This document shows positions 63,825-64,000 of a stretch of DNA of 64,000 bases, one piece after another. The stretch lies in the IMG/VR virus record IMGVR_UViG_3300020156_000024; one strand, written 5' to 3'. Under the pieces are notes generated by a model that ran no database searches, was not told the DNA's origin, and saw only the letters and a program-made list of their open reading frames with translations. Position 1 is the first letter of the stretch, and every line of letters begins with the position of its first letter. This DNA is from a virus. A program made the position numbers and the translations under genes.

Positions 63825-64000
63825 TCAGGCGGCCTGTGATTCGAGGTGGGTGGCTTGCTTCGCGGCCTTGTCGAACAGCCGCTTGACGGCCTTCTCGTGC
63901 ATGGTCCAGGCAACGGCGAGTGAGTATGTGGGCTTCCCGGTGTGGGGGTCAGTGCCGCGCTTCTTCAAGTGCTTGCGCTGCACCCAGTTGTAGACGTGCT
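63825..64000 (-). CDS. C-terminal HTH-like fragment of a gene starting beyond the window
   Basis: HVYNWVQRKHL...GKPTYSLAVAWTMHE...QAA stop. Confidence 0.55.
   Translation of the reverse strand, partial: HVYNWVQRKHLKKRGTDPHTGKPTYSLAVAWTMHEKAVKRLFDKAAKQATHLESQAA

Larger units (their letters stand above)
42190..64000 (-). mobile_element. Prophage 2 (siphovirus, SPP1/A118-like head); continues beyond right edge; left boundary approximate
   Basis: Complete terS-terL-portal-minor capsid-scaffold-capsid-connectors-tail-lysis order plus early genes. Confidence 0.95.

Overview
High-GC actinomycete DNA holding two unrelated siphovirus-like prophages that are nearly adjacent and in the same orientation. 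Prophage 1 (1 to ~39.6 kb; tail and lysis genes lie beyond the left edge) runs, from right to left: large serine integrase, 2-TM membrane gene, cI/cro switch with palindromic operators, then a ~26 kb translationally coupled early operon. That operon carries HNH nucleases, DnaQ-like and PD-(D/E)XK exonucleases, a Gp3/RDF-like protein, WhiB, a C5 methyltransferase, SLOG, RusA, an iteron-containing initiator, DnaC-like loader, DnaB, Dcd and many small unknown ORFs. The late operon follows: tRNA-Leu(CAA), terS, terL, portal, MuF, protease/scaffold, DUF2190, Mu-gpT-like capsid, then a coupled GT32 glycosyltransferase and FkbM methyltransferase. A ~2.6 kb spacer contains an XRE-DUF397 pair and a hairpin-rich non-coding segment with a terminator/antiterminator-like alternative pairing. 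Prophage 2 (~42.2 kb to beyond 64 kb) shows two morons (RHH fusion, lipoprotein), lysis, tail and SPP1/A118-like head genes, terminases and the last early genes. Family names come from motif recognition by eye, not database searches. Top leads: the capsid-coupled glycosylation/methylation module, the 41.87-42.19 kb structured RNA or switch, an autoregulated RHH-fusion moron, and a gene flanked by 19-bp start-codon direct repeats.
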